A DNA stretch of 64,000 nt, taken from the NCBI RefSeq assembly GCF_009914755.1, contig NC_060938.1; one strand, given 5' to 3'. Source of the DNA: the human T2T-CHM13v2.0 reference genome, Homo sapiens. The position numbers and the translations under genes are program-made. Positions 24,512 to 39,243 of the stretch are shown piece by piece (the first letter of the stretch is position 1; each line of letters opens with the position of its first letter). Below the pieces are notes generated by a model. That model was not told the origin of the DNA. It saw only the letters and a program-made list of their open reading frames with translations, and ran no database searches.

Positions 24512-26847
24512 ACATGAAGGGAGAATCCGTTATGGAACCAAAGAAATTTTAAGAAAAAATCCTACTTAGAGATTGAAAAATGCATTGATTTAGACATAAA
24601 ATATTGACTCAGTAACTAACAATGGTCCAGCTGCTAGGCTAAGGTTCAAGAATGGGTTCTACCTGTAAAGTAACTTCAAGAAAACAAGGCAGAGTTCTCA
24701 ATTCTTACAGCACTAGAATTGGAGTAAAAACAAATAGAACAATAAAGGATTCCAGAGCTGCAGTACAAGCTAGAGACCAGAGGACCAAGCAGATGATCAT
24801 AATGTAAGACTTAAAGCCAAATCCCACATTGCTTCATAAATCTCTTAAGGCATGGTTTTGGGAACTTCATGGAGCTATATAGTAAAGCAAAACAGGTCCA
24901 CTGACCTCAGTTGTTAGAAGAGGCAGATTATAATCATTTTGAGTAGGTAGGTCTAATAGTGAAGATCATTATTGTAATTGTTATGAACAAAATTGTGGTT
25001 ATAGGTCTTTCTCCTAAAGCTTTTCCTACCATTTGAATCGAGAAGTCATCATTGAGCACCTTCTACGTTCAATGCATATTGCTAAGGTCCTGTAGGCACT
25101 GCAATGATGCACGAGTTTGTCAGACATATTGTAATTAGAAAATGCAGTAGTGTTTGGAAAAAAACAATGAAAGAGATAATGTAGCAGAACATCTAGCATG
25201 CTAAATTCTTCAAAATTCTTTGAAAAATTAGATATATTTTAATAAATGAAGGTGTGAAAACTCACTTTACAAAAATATTTGTATCTATGAAAAATAAAAC
25301 ATAATACATTTTACATAAAGCATTAATTTCTATCCATCTTTATAAGAATATGTGAATTATAAAATCTGATATGCATTTGATTTTATATTTTAGTCACACA
25401 GAAACCCAGTCTTTTAAAACCTATACACATGGAACTATATTTCAAAGAAAATGTCTGGATTTATATAATTTTTCACAATTAAAGTGATTCCAACTAATAG
25501 TACTGTTTTGATACTATTGAACAGTAGCTGCCTCTCTAAGTATTGCCTGGGCATAACACTACTATTTTGAAAATGACTAGGTCACTGCTGAAAATTGGTT
25601 GATTTATTTTTGATCAGTAGGATCTGTAATATACATTTTATCACATGCAAATCTCTTTGATTGCTTCTTTTCCAAAAGTGGTAGAGAATAACCGATTAAA
25701 TAATCTGAGTATTCTTACCCCAGCTCTTCATCGTACTCCCTGACTATTTGACGCTATAGTCTCAGTCCTAAATTCCAAAAGTGCTCAGGCTTCATGTACA
25801 ATAGATTCCTAAAGAAAATGGAAATTTCAGTTTCCTTATCATAGAGAAATAATACTGTGTACATACACACACACATATACATGTATGTATAAAGTATAAA
25901 CTTTATATACATATTTGATGTATGCTTGTATAACATGTATAAATTTTACTTAGTAATGATTATACTTCTACAAAGTCAGAAGAAATATATTTGTATAAAC
26001 TCAGTATAGTTATTATTTGTTAATAGGCAGATTCACTTTTTGCCCCATCATTGGAGATAAGCCTCCCTATAGAAAAGTGACTTTGCACCACCAGTGTAAA
26101 CAAAGCTAATACATTTTTTCAAATGGAATTCCCTGTACCCATCAATGAGAGAATATATAGGAAATTTGTTTCATAGCTCAGGGAATTTCTGTGTCATCTT
26201 CACTTTTATGTCTCCAGATTTTTTTTATTCTGCTTTTCAGATTGCTTTGTTTATTCCTGTTAGCTTACTGCAGCTCAGTAAATGAATTTAGTTTTTCAGC
26301 TGGGCTCCAGAGATCTATTCTTATAACCTTTTCTCATCTTATCTTAATTCCTTAAGGGTTGGCTACACTTATTCATTGCCAAGGTTTTATCAGGGGATTT
26401 TCACCTTTTCTAAGGGATATCAAGATATGCAATTAATGAGATGTCGACAACAGTAATGGGAATAACTGTTATTTTATTATTCCAAGGCTTGCATGGAGAT
26501 TACACTGTTTCAAATTATTATGCTGAGTATAACCTTTGAATCTAATATTTCCTTTTTATTTCACAATGTTCTTTTAGATACATAAAGTGGGTTAGTATTT
26601 TGTTCTACAGTTTTATCCATATATTCAAGCTTCAGTGGTTTATGATGATCTAACATATATTCTTTCTTTTTTCACCTAGTATCTTTCCGTTTGTTAGTTG
26701 TCTATAAATAGGTGCCTTAGAAGGTGAGCAAGATAAGGATTAGACCTGCTGCTTATCTAATGTAATTCATTGGAAACTCCGATAAGTTTTGGTGAGGGTG
26801 GAAATAATTATCCATGAAAAAGGAGATTTGAAAGTTATCAGATATCT

Positions 26848-27546
26848 TGGTGAGGATGCAGAGTAAAGGAAACTCTTATATACCATTGGAGGGAATGTAA
26901 GCTAGTACAGCCCCTACAGAAACAGTATGAAAATTTTGCAAAAAAATGAAACACAATTTTCATTTGATCCAGCAATTTCACTGCTAGATATCTACCCAAA
27001 GGAAAATAAATCAATATATCAGAGGTATAGCTGCATTTTCATATTTACTGCAACACTATTCACAATAGCAAAGATAAGGAACCAAACTAAGTGTCCATCA
27101 GTGGAGAAATGGATGAAGAAAACATGGTATATATACACAATGGAATACTATTCAGCTATAAAAAAGAATGACATCCTGTCATTTGAAGCAACATGGCTGG
27201 AATTAGAAATCATTATCTTATGTAAAATAAGCCAAGCAAGAAAAGTCAAATATCTTATGTTCTCACTTATATGCGGGTGCTAAAAAATTTCAACACATAG
27301 ACATACGGTGTGTGAAAATAGATAACAAAGACTGGAAAGGGTGAGTTGAGATGGGGGAAATCAAGAGAAGTGGCCTAAGAGGGATAAAGGAACAAATTCA
27401 CTGTTTGCTAGCAGAGTAGGAGGACTATACTTAAAACATGTGTTGTACTCAGGGGATAGGCACCCTAAATATCCCAACTTAATCACTATGCATTATATAC
27501 CTATAAAAAATGTATCACATGCCCCATACATTTTCACAAATAAAAA
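26848..27546 (+). mobile_element. L1MA (about MA3) 3' fragment
   Basis: ORF 26927-27283 matches ORF2 C-terminus (FDPAISLLDIYPKE...WYIYTMEYYSAIKK). 3'UTR ends cacaaataaaaa. Confidence 0.9.
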
Positions 27547-27949
27547 CACTTCTCAAATATACTTCCATTGACTACCTGAGCACATTTTTTCTCTCATTTG
27601 CATTGATACTTTATTTTCCTAATTGTAACTTAATTTAAATATATTCTACATTTTAAAAGTATCTTCTTTCTTACTATTTTAATAGCTACTTTAATTCTGA
27701 TATGTAATACTTTTATTTGCTTGAATTCTAAATATTCACTAGCTTTCAAGAATAAAGAAAATATTAAATTTTAAATATAATTTAGATGTTATATGTATTT
27801 TCTCAAAATTGATGCTCGAATACATTAACAGGCAAAATGTAATTTTCCAGACCACTTTATAGCATAATGATTCTTCCTCTCAAAAATAAAGAAAATTACA
27901 CTTGCTATATAATGTCAGAAATGTCTTTATAATATGCATTGTAAACACA

Positions 27950-29077
27950 TACAAATCAAAAGATAGAGAAAGCAAGCTATAGACTTGAAGGAAATATTTG
28001 CAAAGAGCACATCTGATAAAGGGCAGCTGAACAAAAAATTCAAAAAACTCACCAATAATAAGATATGCCACCCAATTTTAAAACAGGCAAAAACTTGAGT
28101 AGAAACCACACCAAAGAAGGTATACATATAGCAAGTAAGCATATAAAAAGATGTTCAACACCATATGTCACTAGGAAATTACAAATTACAATGAAAATGA
28201 GATACCATTACATGCCTATTGGAATGGCAAGAATCCAAAACTGAAAACCTTAAATGCCGAAGTAAATGTGGAGCAACAGGAACTTTCATTCATTGCTGGT
28301 GAAAATGCAAAACAGTACAGTCACTTTGGAAGACAGTTTGAAAATTCTTTTACAAAACTGAGCAGACTCTTACTCTATGATCCAGCACTTGATATTTATT
28401 TATCTAAACTCCTTGGTGTTTATCTAAAGGCGTTGAAAACTTATATTCACACAAAAACCTGCACACACATATTTAGAGCTTGATTCAAAATTGCCAAAAC
28501 TTATAAGCAACCAAGATTTCCTTCAGTAGGTGAGTGTTTAAATAAGCTGTGGTCCATTAGACAACGGGATATTACTCAGCACTATAAAGATAATGAGCTT
28601 TCAAGACTTGAGAAAATATGGAGGAGACTTAAATACATACTGCTAAGTGAAAAGAAGCCAATCTAAAAAGCCTACATATTGTATAATTCCAACTATATGA
28701 CATCTGAAAAAGACAAAACTGTGGAGACAAAAGAAAGACCAGTGGTTGCATGAGTTTAACAGGGAGTGGGGGACGAATATACAGAGCACAGCGGATTTTT
28801 AGGTCAGTAAATATACTATGTATGATGATATAATGGCAGATATATGTCATTATACACTAATCAAAACTCATAGAATGTACACCAAGAGTAAACTCTACTA
28901 TAAACTATGGATTTTGGAGGATAATAATGTGTCAATGTAGGTTCATTAATTGTTATAAATGTACCACTATAGCGTAGGATGTTAACAGTGGGAAGGTTAT
29001 GGGTGGAGGGGATTGAAGAATATGATTAATTTTTTTGTGAACCTAAAATTTCTCCAGAAAATAAGGTTTTTAAAAAG
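27950..29077 (+). mobile_element. L1MC1/2-type 3' fragment
   Basis: aaatatttgcaaagagcacatctgataaagg...tgtcaatgtaggttcat...gtgaacctaaaa. Confidence 0.85.
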
Positions 29078-29268
29078 AACCAAATGCATTTGTACTTTAA
29101 ACTCCTTATCATCCTAATGTGGCAATTTTCATAAAAGCCATGGAATAAAATAACTATTAATAAACAGTACAGGTATTGTAATTAATTTAATATAAAAGAG
29201 AAAGTTTAAGATTATTTCATAAATTTTTATTTATCAACTTAAACGTCCCAGAAATACCTCTTGAGCTC

Positions 29269-30058
29269 TGTTATAAGTTAAATTGTGCCTTCCCTTCTCA
29301 AAAACATAAATGATACATTGAAATCTAAACCCTCAGTACCTTGCAATGTGACCTTATTTCGAAATAGGGTCTTTGCAGATGTAATTAAGATGAGGTCATA
29401 CTGAAATAGGGCGAGCCTCTAATCAAATATAGCTGGTGTTATAAGGAGACAGCCAAGTGAGGAAAGTTGCACATGGGGAAAACGTCATGTGATGACGAAT
29501 GCAGCGCTTAAAGTATGCATCTACAAGCCAATGAACACAAAAATTGTCAGTGAATAACCAGAAGCTAGGAAGAGGCAAGAAAGAATTCCCCTACGGGCTA
29601 GAAGTGAAAACGGGTGTGGGTTCTGCCCACACCTTAATTTTAGACTTCAAACCTCCAGGACTGTGAGACAATAAATTTTTGTTGTTTAAGCCACCTAATT
29701 TGTGGTACAGTCCTGCATCACTTAATGATGGGGATACATTCTGAGAAATGCACTGTTAGACAGTTTTGTCATTGTGTGAGCACCACAGAGTGTACAGCAC
29801 TTACACAAACCAAAACAGTATAGACTACTACACACCTAGGTTGTACAGTAGAACCTACTGCCCCTAGGATACAAACCTGTGCAGCATGTTCTTGCACTGA
29901 ATATTAAAAGCAACTAACACAAGTCATCAGGTAATAGAAATTTTTTAGCTCCATTTTAATCTAGGGGATCACTGTCATATATGTGGTCCATTATTGACTG
30001 AAACATCTTAAGTGGAGCATGACTATACTTCATTATGGTGTGCTAGGAATCTAATACA
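29269..30058 (+). mobile_element. MLT1C-like LTR interrupted by Tigger3
   Basis: tgtgaccttatttcgaaatagggtctttgcagatgtaatta...ctaataca. Perfect 5-bp TSD agctc (29264-29268, 30059-30063). Confidence 0.9.
29708..30025 (+). mobile_element. Tigger3-family non-autonomous DNA transposon
   Basis: TIR-like ends cagtcctgcatcacttaa ... ttaagtggagcatgacta. TA duplication at 29706-29707 and 30026-30027. Confidence 0.9.
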
Positions 30059-30294
30059 AGCTCCCTGGGCAATTAGGAGTTTCTGTATCATATCTTTATA
30101 GTCTTGTGGATTACCTTTATTGTGACACCAGTTCATGCTGTTTACCTGTCTAACTGCCCATTATATTTTTGTTATAGTAGAATACAGAAACCACATTCTA
30201 GGAAACTATCTAGACATTCATTTATGTGTTGAATGAATGACTGAAGCATCAAAAGAAAAATAAAACAAAAGGAAAAAATCTTCTACATCCCCAT

Positions 30295-30555
30295 AAATAA
30301 TAACTGACATTTATAAAGGGCAGACTGTGAGCAAATAAATCTTCCAGAATTTTGCTTCTATTGTTTACTCAGTCTTCCAAGAATTCTGAATTTATTTCTT
30401 CTGCAAAATAAGGAGATGATTATGACTTTATTTCCAATTTTACAGATTAGGAAACTAAAGACAAGCAAGTTATGTATTTTGCAATGGTTGATCCAGTATG
30501 GCTTTAAATTCAGACAGTATAACTATAGAGCCTGAGCTCTTAAAGTCTATGTTAT
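30295..30555 (-). mobile_element. MIR fragment
   Basis: Core ttttacagattaggaaactaaag. Confidence 0.65.
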
Positions 30556-30574
30556 ACAAACATAGGACTCATTT

Positions 30575-30755
30575 CCTTGTTTGTTTGTTTGTTTGTTTGT
30601 TTGTTTTACTATCTCCTCTGCATTAAAATGTACGTTCTTTGAGGCAGGAATTTTTATCTCATGTATTCACTGCTATATCCTTAATGTCTGTATAAGTGCT
30701 TGGCCTATAGAAGGCACTCAATAAATATTCAACAAAAGAATCAATAAATTGATAC
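30575..30755 (+). mobile_element. L2 3' end preceded by (TTTG)n
   Basis: gtattcactgctatatcc...aggcactcaataaatatt. Confidence 0.75.
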
Positions 30756-31318
30756 ATAAACGAATAGTCTTGGAATAACTTTCTAAGAATAATCAATATA
30801 GATAAAATATTTTAGAGCTAAATATGTTTGCACAGTATCAGTACAAATGGAGGTTCTGCCATATTTCTTACTGTTCAGGATCTAGTCTGGCCAAAAGACT
30901 TGGATTCAAGTTGTGTAATGGTAATTTACTATCCACTTGACCTTTAAAAAGTTTCTAAATTTTCTGATTCTGATTGCTTCATCTCTACAAATAGAATATA
31001 AATTTCATGTGATAATAAAATTATTATATGTAAGAGCACCTGCATATTATAAAATACTATATGTGTTATTACTCAATATTTTTAAAGCATTGTCTCATAG
31101 TCATTTTATGAGCCAAATAATTTACTTAGTTCTCCTTCATGAAACTCTGTATATGGAGCACACCTTTCTCAACAGAAAATCTTGTTCTTGGGTCCTCATG
31201 ATGATATTATGATGAATGGTTAATTTTAACTTATTCAGGAAGCTCAATTTCTGTGTGCAGTTCTATAGCTACAGAGTGGAATATCAGAAAGAAAATAGAA
31301 GTCACTACACATAGTAGC

Positions 31319-31689
31319 TGTATTAGCCCGTTCTGACACTGCTATGAAGATACTACCTGAGACTGGGTAATTTATAAAGAAAAGAGGTTTAACTGACTCA
31401 CAGTTCCACATGGATGGGCAGACCTCAGGAAACTTGCAATCATGGTGGAAGGTGAAGGGGAAGAAAACCACATCTTATATGGCAACTGGCAAGAGAGAGA
31501 GAGAGAGAGCAAGGAAGTGCCACACTTTAAAACCATCAGCTCTCATGAGAACTCACTCACTATCACAAGAACAGCATGGGGGAAACTGCCCCCATGATCC
31601 AATCACCTCCCAGCAGGTCTCTCCCTAGACACATGGGGATTACAATTAAAGATGAGACTTGGGTGGGGACACAGAGCCAAACCATGTCA
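31319..31689 (-). mobile_element. THE1D-like solo LTR
   Basis: tgtattag...gggtggggacacagagccaaaccatgtca. TSD gtagc/atagc. Confidence 0.92.
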
Positions 31690-32283
31690 ATAGCCATACT
31701 TTTTGTATTGTACAATAGTCTAACTTGATTTATCCTTTTTTCTTTTCTGATTAAAGGAAAACTCACACAAAAAATTAGCTCGCATGACATATCCTGGTAA
31801 ATACAAACATTAGCCACTACTTTACAGATCACATTTATTGAAATTTAGGCAATAGACAGATAATGTATTTGAGAGAATTTTTTATTTTGAAGAATTTAAT
31901 GTAACCAAATAAAGTATAGTTATCAAGAACATACAAATGTTAGTACATGCAATTAGTTGTATAATTGTATCCAAATTTGATCCAACATTAGAAATGATGT
32001 AATGGAGAAAAGGACTTTGGTTTTGGATCCTGGATATACTACCAAAGGCAAGTTAACTTACATATTTAAAACTTAGTATCCTAATATTCTTAGCATAAAC
32101 ATAAGGACACATAACTTTCAGGGGTTTTGTAAGGATTAGAAAAATATATGTAAATGAATCTACTATTCTTTAGGTAACTATTCTTTACAAGGCATTCAAA
32201 TGTATTTCTTCTCATTCCCACTCATTCCTACCTCATTCTTTTAGGCTGATATTTTAAATTTCAATAATGCATGAATGGGTTAG

Positions 32284-35200
32284 GGTTTTTTCCCCTTTGT
32301 AAAATTTTTATAGATGTGGGAGATACAAGTGCAGTTGTGTTTCACAGATATATTGCATAATGGTGAAGTCTGGGCTTTTAGTGTACTCATCACCCCAATA
32401 GTGTACATTACACCTAATAAATAGTATTTCATTCCTCACCCCCTTCTCACTCTTCCACCTTTTAGAGTCTCCAGTGTCTATTATTCTCTGTATGTCTGTG
32501 TGTACCCATGGTTCAGGTACCATTTATGGATGAAAATGTGTAGTTTTTGAGTTTCTGTTTCTGAGTAATTTCATGTAGAATAATGCCTGCTGTGCACATT
32601 GCTGCAAAAGACATGATTTTATTGTTTTTATGGCTGAGTAGTACTCTATGGTAACTAAATACCACATTTTTAAATGTAATCATCTGTCGATGACAATTAG
32701 CTTGATTTGATAACTTTGCTATTATGAAAAGTGCTATTATAAACATGAATGCTGTTGTCTTTTTATATAATCACTTGTTTTCCTTTGGGTAAATATCCAG
32801 TAGTGACATTGCAGAATAGAATGGTACTTCTATTTTTAGTTCTTTGAGAAATCTCTATACTGTTTTCATAGAGGTTGTACTAATTTACATTCTCACCAAG
32901 AATCGCTGTAAAAGAATTCCCTTTTCTCTTTATCTTTGCCAACATCTGTCATTTTCTGAATTTTTAGTAATAGCCATTCTGATTGGTTTAAGATATTATC
33001 TTATTGTGGCTTTAATTTGCATTTCTCTGATGATTAGTGATGGTGGTTTTTTATGTTTGTTGGCCACTTGTATGTCTTATTTTGAGAAATGTCTGTACTT
33101 GTCCTTTATCCACTTTTTAATGGGGTATTTTTTTTTCTGGTTGAGTTTCCTGTAGATTCTAAATATTAGTCCTTTGTAGGATGCATAATTAGCAAATATT
33201 TTCTCCCATTCTGTAAGTTGTCTGTTTACTCCCTCTAGAGTTTCTCCTGCTGTGCATAAGCTGCTTAGTTTAATTAAGTCCCAGTTGACTATTTTTGCTT
33301 TGTTGCATTTCCTTTTGAGGTAATCATAATATTTTTGTCGAGGCCAATGTCCAAAGAGTTTTTCTTAGGTTTTCTTCTAGTATTTTTTATAGTTCCTCAT
33401 CTCACATTTAAGTATTCAATCCAGCTTGTGTTAATTTGTGTGTGTGGTGAGAGATAGGGGTCCAGTTTCATTCTTTTCCATATGGCTATCCAACTTCCCC
33501 AGCACCATTTATTGAATAGGGTATCCTTTTCTCATTGTATATTTTTGTTGAGGTTATCAGAGATCAGTTGGTTGTAGGTATGTGGCTTTATTTCTGAATT
33601 CTCTGTTATGCTTCATTGATCTATGTGTCTATTTTCATACCAGCACAATGCTGTTATGGTTACTATAGCCTAGTAGTATCACTTGAAGTAGGTAATGTGA
33701 TACCCACAGCTTTATTGTTTTCTTGAGGATTGCTTTGGCTATTTAGGATCTTTTCTGGGTTGTTTTTTCTAATTCTGTGAAGAATGGCATTGGTAACTTT
33801 ATAGAAATTGCATTGAATCTATAGATTGCTTTGGCTAGTATGGTCATTTTAACAATGATTATTCTATCAGTCCATTAGCAGGGAATGTTTTTCATTTGTT
33901 TGTGAGATCTATAATTTCTTTAATTCGTGTTTTGGTGTTTTGTTGTTCTTGTAAAGGCCATTCTCTTCCTAGGAAAAACGTATTCCTAGGTATTTTATTC
34001 TTTTTGTGGCTATTGCAAATAAAATTGAGTTTTTGATTTGGTTCTCACTTTGAATATTACTGGTGTATAGAAATACTACATATGATTTCATTTTAATTTG
34101 GTATCCTGAAATTTTACTGAATTCATTTATTAAATATAGGAAGTTTTAGAGGAGTCTTTAGGATTTTCTTGGTATAAGATCATATCATCAGCAAAGAGAA
34201 AATTTGGCTCCCTGTTTTCCAATTTGGATGCTTTTTATTATTTTTTTCTTGCCTCGTTGCTTTGGCAAGGTCTTTCAGTACTATGTTGCATAGGAGTGGT
34301 GAAAGTGGGCATTCTTTTCTTTTTCCAGTTATTAGGAAAAATGCTTTCAATCTTTTTTCTGTTCAGTATAATGTTGGCTGTGGGTTTGTTGTGTATGCTT
34401 TTTATTGCTGTGAGGTATGTTCGTTCTATGCCTAGTTTGTTGAGGGTTTTTTGTCATGAAAAGATATTGAGTTTTATTAAATGCTTTTTCTGGATCTATT
34501 GCAATGACCATATGGTTTTTGTTTTTAATTCTGTTTATGTAATGAATCACATTTATTTTAATATGTTTAAATTTCCTTTATTCCTGAAATAAAACCCCTT
34601 TGATTGTGATGTATTATCTTTTTTATGAACTATTGGATTGGTTTGCTGATATTTTTGAGGATTTTCTTCTTAATTTTTGTCTGACGAGGTTAATTCAAAA
34701 GATCTGTCTTCCAGCTCTGATATTTTCCTTCTGCTTAGTCTATTCTATTGTTAAATATTTCAACTGTATTTCATAATTCCTTCAATAATTTTTTTATTTC
34801 AAGTAGTCTGTTTGGTGTTTTAAAAATGTGTATCTATTTAGGAAATTCTTTAGATCCTGAGTTTTTTTTTTTATTTCTTTGTTTGGTTTTCAACTTTCTC
34901 TTGGATCTCATTGAGCTCTTTTTTCATATTGCCTGAGTTCTGATGCTATTTCCTTCTCTTCTGGAAAAACTGTCACTTCTTATTTTTGAATTTACTCTCA
35001 TTTTGATGGTACTCCATATGTATGTTGTGTATGGTCATTTCCTTCAATTCTAGGTGCTTTCAGGGGGCCAAAGCTCTGTATGAGTTGCTTCTTTATAGAT
35101 AGTGTTTGTGTGGTGGCTTTCTCAAACTCTAGTTGCAATAGTGATATACTGTGCATATCAGCAGGTTCACTGCCTGCTGTGTGACTGGGATTGTGTAGGT

Positions 35201-37049
35201 CTCAAGAAGCTCATCTCATTCACCAGTAATGTGCACTTGTGTCACCAAGTTTTGTATTAGGTTATGCAGTTCAACCTCCAGGCCAGCAGGTGAAATATTT
35301 TAGAGCTTTCTATGGCAGAAATGTATGGGTATGTACTTGATCTTTGTCCACTGGGAGGTGCTCTCTGTTTAAGGTGATGAGCTGGTTTGTGCAACATCTA
35401 ATGCCCTGAGTTCACTGTTCAGCCTGGAAATATGGGGGAGAAAGCTATGTGGAGCTGACCTAGCAAGCTTGCCCATGAATTTCTCAGGGTTGAGTACAGG
35501 CATCAGCCCTAATGGAGGTGGCAGGGGGATCTCCTGGTGAAATGCACCAAAGTATTCACATGGGGTTAAGTGGCTGCATCATCTCCACATCCTAGGCAGG
35601 AACATGATCCATTTCCCTGTTACACCCTTGTTGCAGGGCTCATGGCTTTCAATTCAGTCAGACATTCTCAGTTGTCTCCAGGCAACCATGTAGCTGACAG
35701 GCACAAAGAACACCTGTCCCTTGGTTTTCTGTAGAAGTGGCTATCAGGAGGAGCCTCATCTCTCAATCCAATACAGACAGCTTCGCTGCATGCCTGCTCT
35801 CCAATGCTGGAACACTGCTATTCGTGTAAAGTCGGGGAGGCGCTGTACCTTTCAGTGCATGTGGGTGGGTGCCAGCTGTGGTTGTGTTGGCTGGTTGGGT
35901 TGGCTTAACTTCAGACCCTCTGGGTATTAATCAGGTGTCGGCAGTGGTGGATTGGGCTAGGCAATGCCCAATACCCTGGCCCCTAGACAGCACCCTGGAT
36001 GATGTACATGAGTCTTGGAGGGAATGGATTAGGACTCGACTGGTGGCCTTTCCTCAGTTCCCCAGGACTAGTTACTGGTTGTGATAGGAAGGGATGGGAT
36101 GTTCTCCAGGCCCCCAGCAGAACACTAGGGTGGGAACAGAGCAGCTGTGCTGAGGGCCTGCCCCCAGGGAAGGTTGGACCCTCTCAGCAGGAGCAACAAA
36201 GGCATGCAGCTGCAGGGTATGCAGCCTGCTCATGACTCCATCTCACAGCAGAGGTGGTGATATCATCCCTGGGGTGTGTGAAGGTGCCTGGTTTCCCAAC
36301 TCCCTCCTTGATTTGGCCCCAGGGCAGAATGCAGCCCTCTGGGTGCTTGGCTCTCAGAATAGTGCCATGCCACAGCTGAAATGCTAATTCAGAGCAAGGT
36401 GACTGGTGTGGCCTTCTCACCAGGGATGACAGCACTCCCTCAGCAGAAGCAGGGAGCCACAGGGCACACAGTCTGCTTGCTCCTCCATTCTGCAGTAATG
36501 GCAGCAGTATCCATCTTTGGAGTGTGCAAAAGTGCCCAGCCCCCCTGCTTCCTCCCTGGTATAGAGGTGGCAGCAACGGTGGCAGTGCAAGGGCAGGACA
36601 CAGGCTTCTGGGGACTGGGAGCTAAGAATAGCATCAGCCTGCAGCTGCTCAGGGTTCAAAAGCCTGTGGAATTCCACACTAGTTCAAGCAATGATTCAGC
36701 ACAATCTCAAGGCAGTTCCTTGTTAGTCTGAAAGCCCAGGGATATCCAAGGACTCTACTGTAGTTAGGACTGTAAAAGTCCATGGCAGGAGTGTGGAGCC
36801 CCAGAGGTCTCACTCACCTGTTCCCCATGTCAGGTAGCTTCTCCCAGCTTCACACTGATCCCAGCTCAGCAGGCTACCTGGCTTCACTCTCCTTTGCATT
36901 TCATGATTCCCATTGTTTCTCTGATGAACTGCAGTGTTCTCTCTTAGACAATCTATTTGAAGTGTGAATATTTATTCCCTATTTTGATTCCTCTCTAAGG
37001 AAGAGACACCCACTAGCTGTGTCTAGTCAGTCATCTTGAACTGGAACCC
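32284..37049 (-). mobile_element. L1PB (about PB4) with both ends and an ORF1-to-RT internal deletion
   Basis: 3' motif gtgaagtctgggcttttagtgtactcatcacc. ORF2 to about 34665 (ORF 34347-34550 [23 protein letters not shown]), ORF1 5' part to about 35000, and about 2 kb GC-rich 5'UTR ending ctagtcagtcatcttg. TSD tgggttag at 32276-32283 and 37050-37057. Confidence 0.88.
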
Positions 37050-37449
37050 TGGGTTAGTTTTTAAACACTTAGGTATTGTTTTAGTGTGAAGGAGGAATAA
37101 AATAAGATGATTTGACTGAGAACGCTTAACCTCCCCACATTCGTCTTGACTTCATCACCCTCAATTCTTATAATGTCATATTTTTCAAGTGAACTTTATA
37201 GTTACAAGTATTTTTACACATAATTATCTCATTTTAGTCTCACAGCACCATGGAATATATATATTGTCACTACTGAGATGAAGATATCAAAATTTAAAAT
37301 TTTAAGAAGAGAAAGAAACTGGCAGTGAGCAGAAGGAGAAAGAGATGATGTGTACACATTGCTACTGCAGCAAAGACATGATTTATTTTAGAAGAGATAA
37401 AAGAGCATCTGCCAGCTTCTCTTTGATTTCTGCACCTCAGGTCTTTTAA

Positions 37450-37916
37450 ACATTTGAAAGCGAAGGCTTACACAACATAAATGTTTAGCTTTCTTTCTCC
37501 TAGACGTGAGGTCGGCAATTCAGGGTTGGCATAGTGACCACGTGGGTATTCAGGGACACAGCCTGTCACTACCTTTGTGCTCTACTCTTTGTCCAAGAAA
37601 GTTCTTCCATGTCAATGCAGCATTACAGTCTTATATGACTGCTGAATTCCAGAAATCTTATCTGAATTTTGATAATAGGTGGGGAAAGAGGGTGTCAAAA
37701 TAGTTCATATGTTAACTGTGTGGCATCCCTTTTAATAAGCTTTTCTTAGAGTCCACCCAACAATTTCTAGTTGTATTTTACTTTCCACCTTGATTTACAA
37801 GACAGGTTGGAAAATTGTCATTTAACTGAGCACATTGCTCCCAGAATAAAGTCAGAATCATATAACTAAGAAAGATGGTACAGTGAATCTTTTAAAAGCA
37901 ACAAGACTCTGCCTCA
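37450..37916 (-). mobile_element. MLT1J-like LTR
   Basis: ggcttacacaacataaa...gagcacattgctcccagaataaagtcagaatc...ctctgcctca. Confidence 0.6.
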
Positions 37917-38911
37917 GAGGACCAATTTTTATTTACCTGAATCCTGAGCTACTGAAGGACTTAAAATGGTGACATGGGAAACTTCTATCAAATAACAGTA
38001 AGAGAAAGTATAGTTGACAACAGCAACCCCGATCAGCCAAGTCAGGTACTTTACCTAACTGGTTCAGACTTCTCTATTACTTCTCTTCACTATTTAAGCT
38101 TATTTAATGAAATTGACAGGCAAATTTTATTAACTTCTATTTAATTAACCTTATCTGATAATTAATTAAAATGTTTCTTCCTCCATTTATAATTTAATTA
38201 TAGAATTAGAACATAAAGTTCACTCTGATTTTTATTACTCCATACCGACACAATTTAGTTTATTTAAATACTTCTAATAATATACATTTGAAATTAAACT
38301 GAAACTTTTAATTATTCTAGAATTTAAATCAATGACTTAAAATTTGTTTCCTTGTTTGGTAATTGCTACGTTACTCACTAATTAGCAATCTTTAGTTGAG
38401 CAATATATTTATCTAATAATATTACTACTAATAATAATAGAAATAGTTATTATTTGCTGCTTGTATACGATTTGCCAGATGTTTTTTTATTAATCTTTAC
38501 AAAAACCTTAAGAGAATACTGTTACTATCCTAATGATATAAATAAATAAACTGAAATTTGTAGAGATTAAGTGATCTATCCAAAACCACACATGCATAGT
38601 TGGGGCCAAGTTCTGAGTACAGGAGGATCCATACTTTTAAAAACCATATGATTTATCTCAAGTCCTGCTGTCATTAAATCCCTAATACAACTCTAGAACC
38701 ACTATCCCTAAGTTACTCGTAACATGAAAAAAGAAATCATTATTTTCCAGGTTATATTGCTGGACATCTTGTTAATTATAGCATGCTAAACTATATACAA
38801 ACATCTGTGGACAAAATTCATTTTTCACAGTAGACAGGGTAAAAGGTACAACTATAGAATGGTGTAAGGCAAACAGTTTTTGTCATAAATTTGATAAAAA
38901 CTATAGAAACA

Positions 38912-39243
<332 letters not shown>

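Noticed and set aside
23900-24900. Unassigned purine-rich block with a small hairpin (ctgagtt-aaca-aactcag)
   Set aside because: A 7-bp stem is within chance. The block may be an ancient LTR, but I cannot assign it from sequence alone.
35721-36967. Cluster of overlapping ORFs in GC-rich DNA
   Set aside because: It lies in the L1PB 5'UTR, where higher GC lowers stop-codon frequency.
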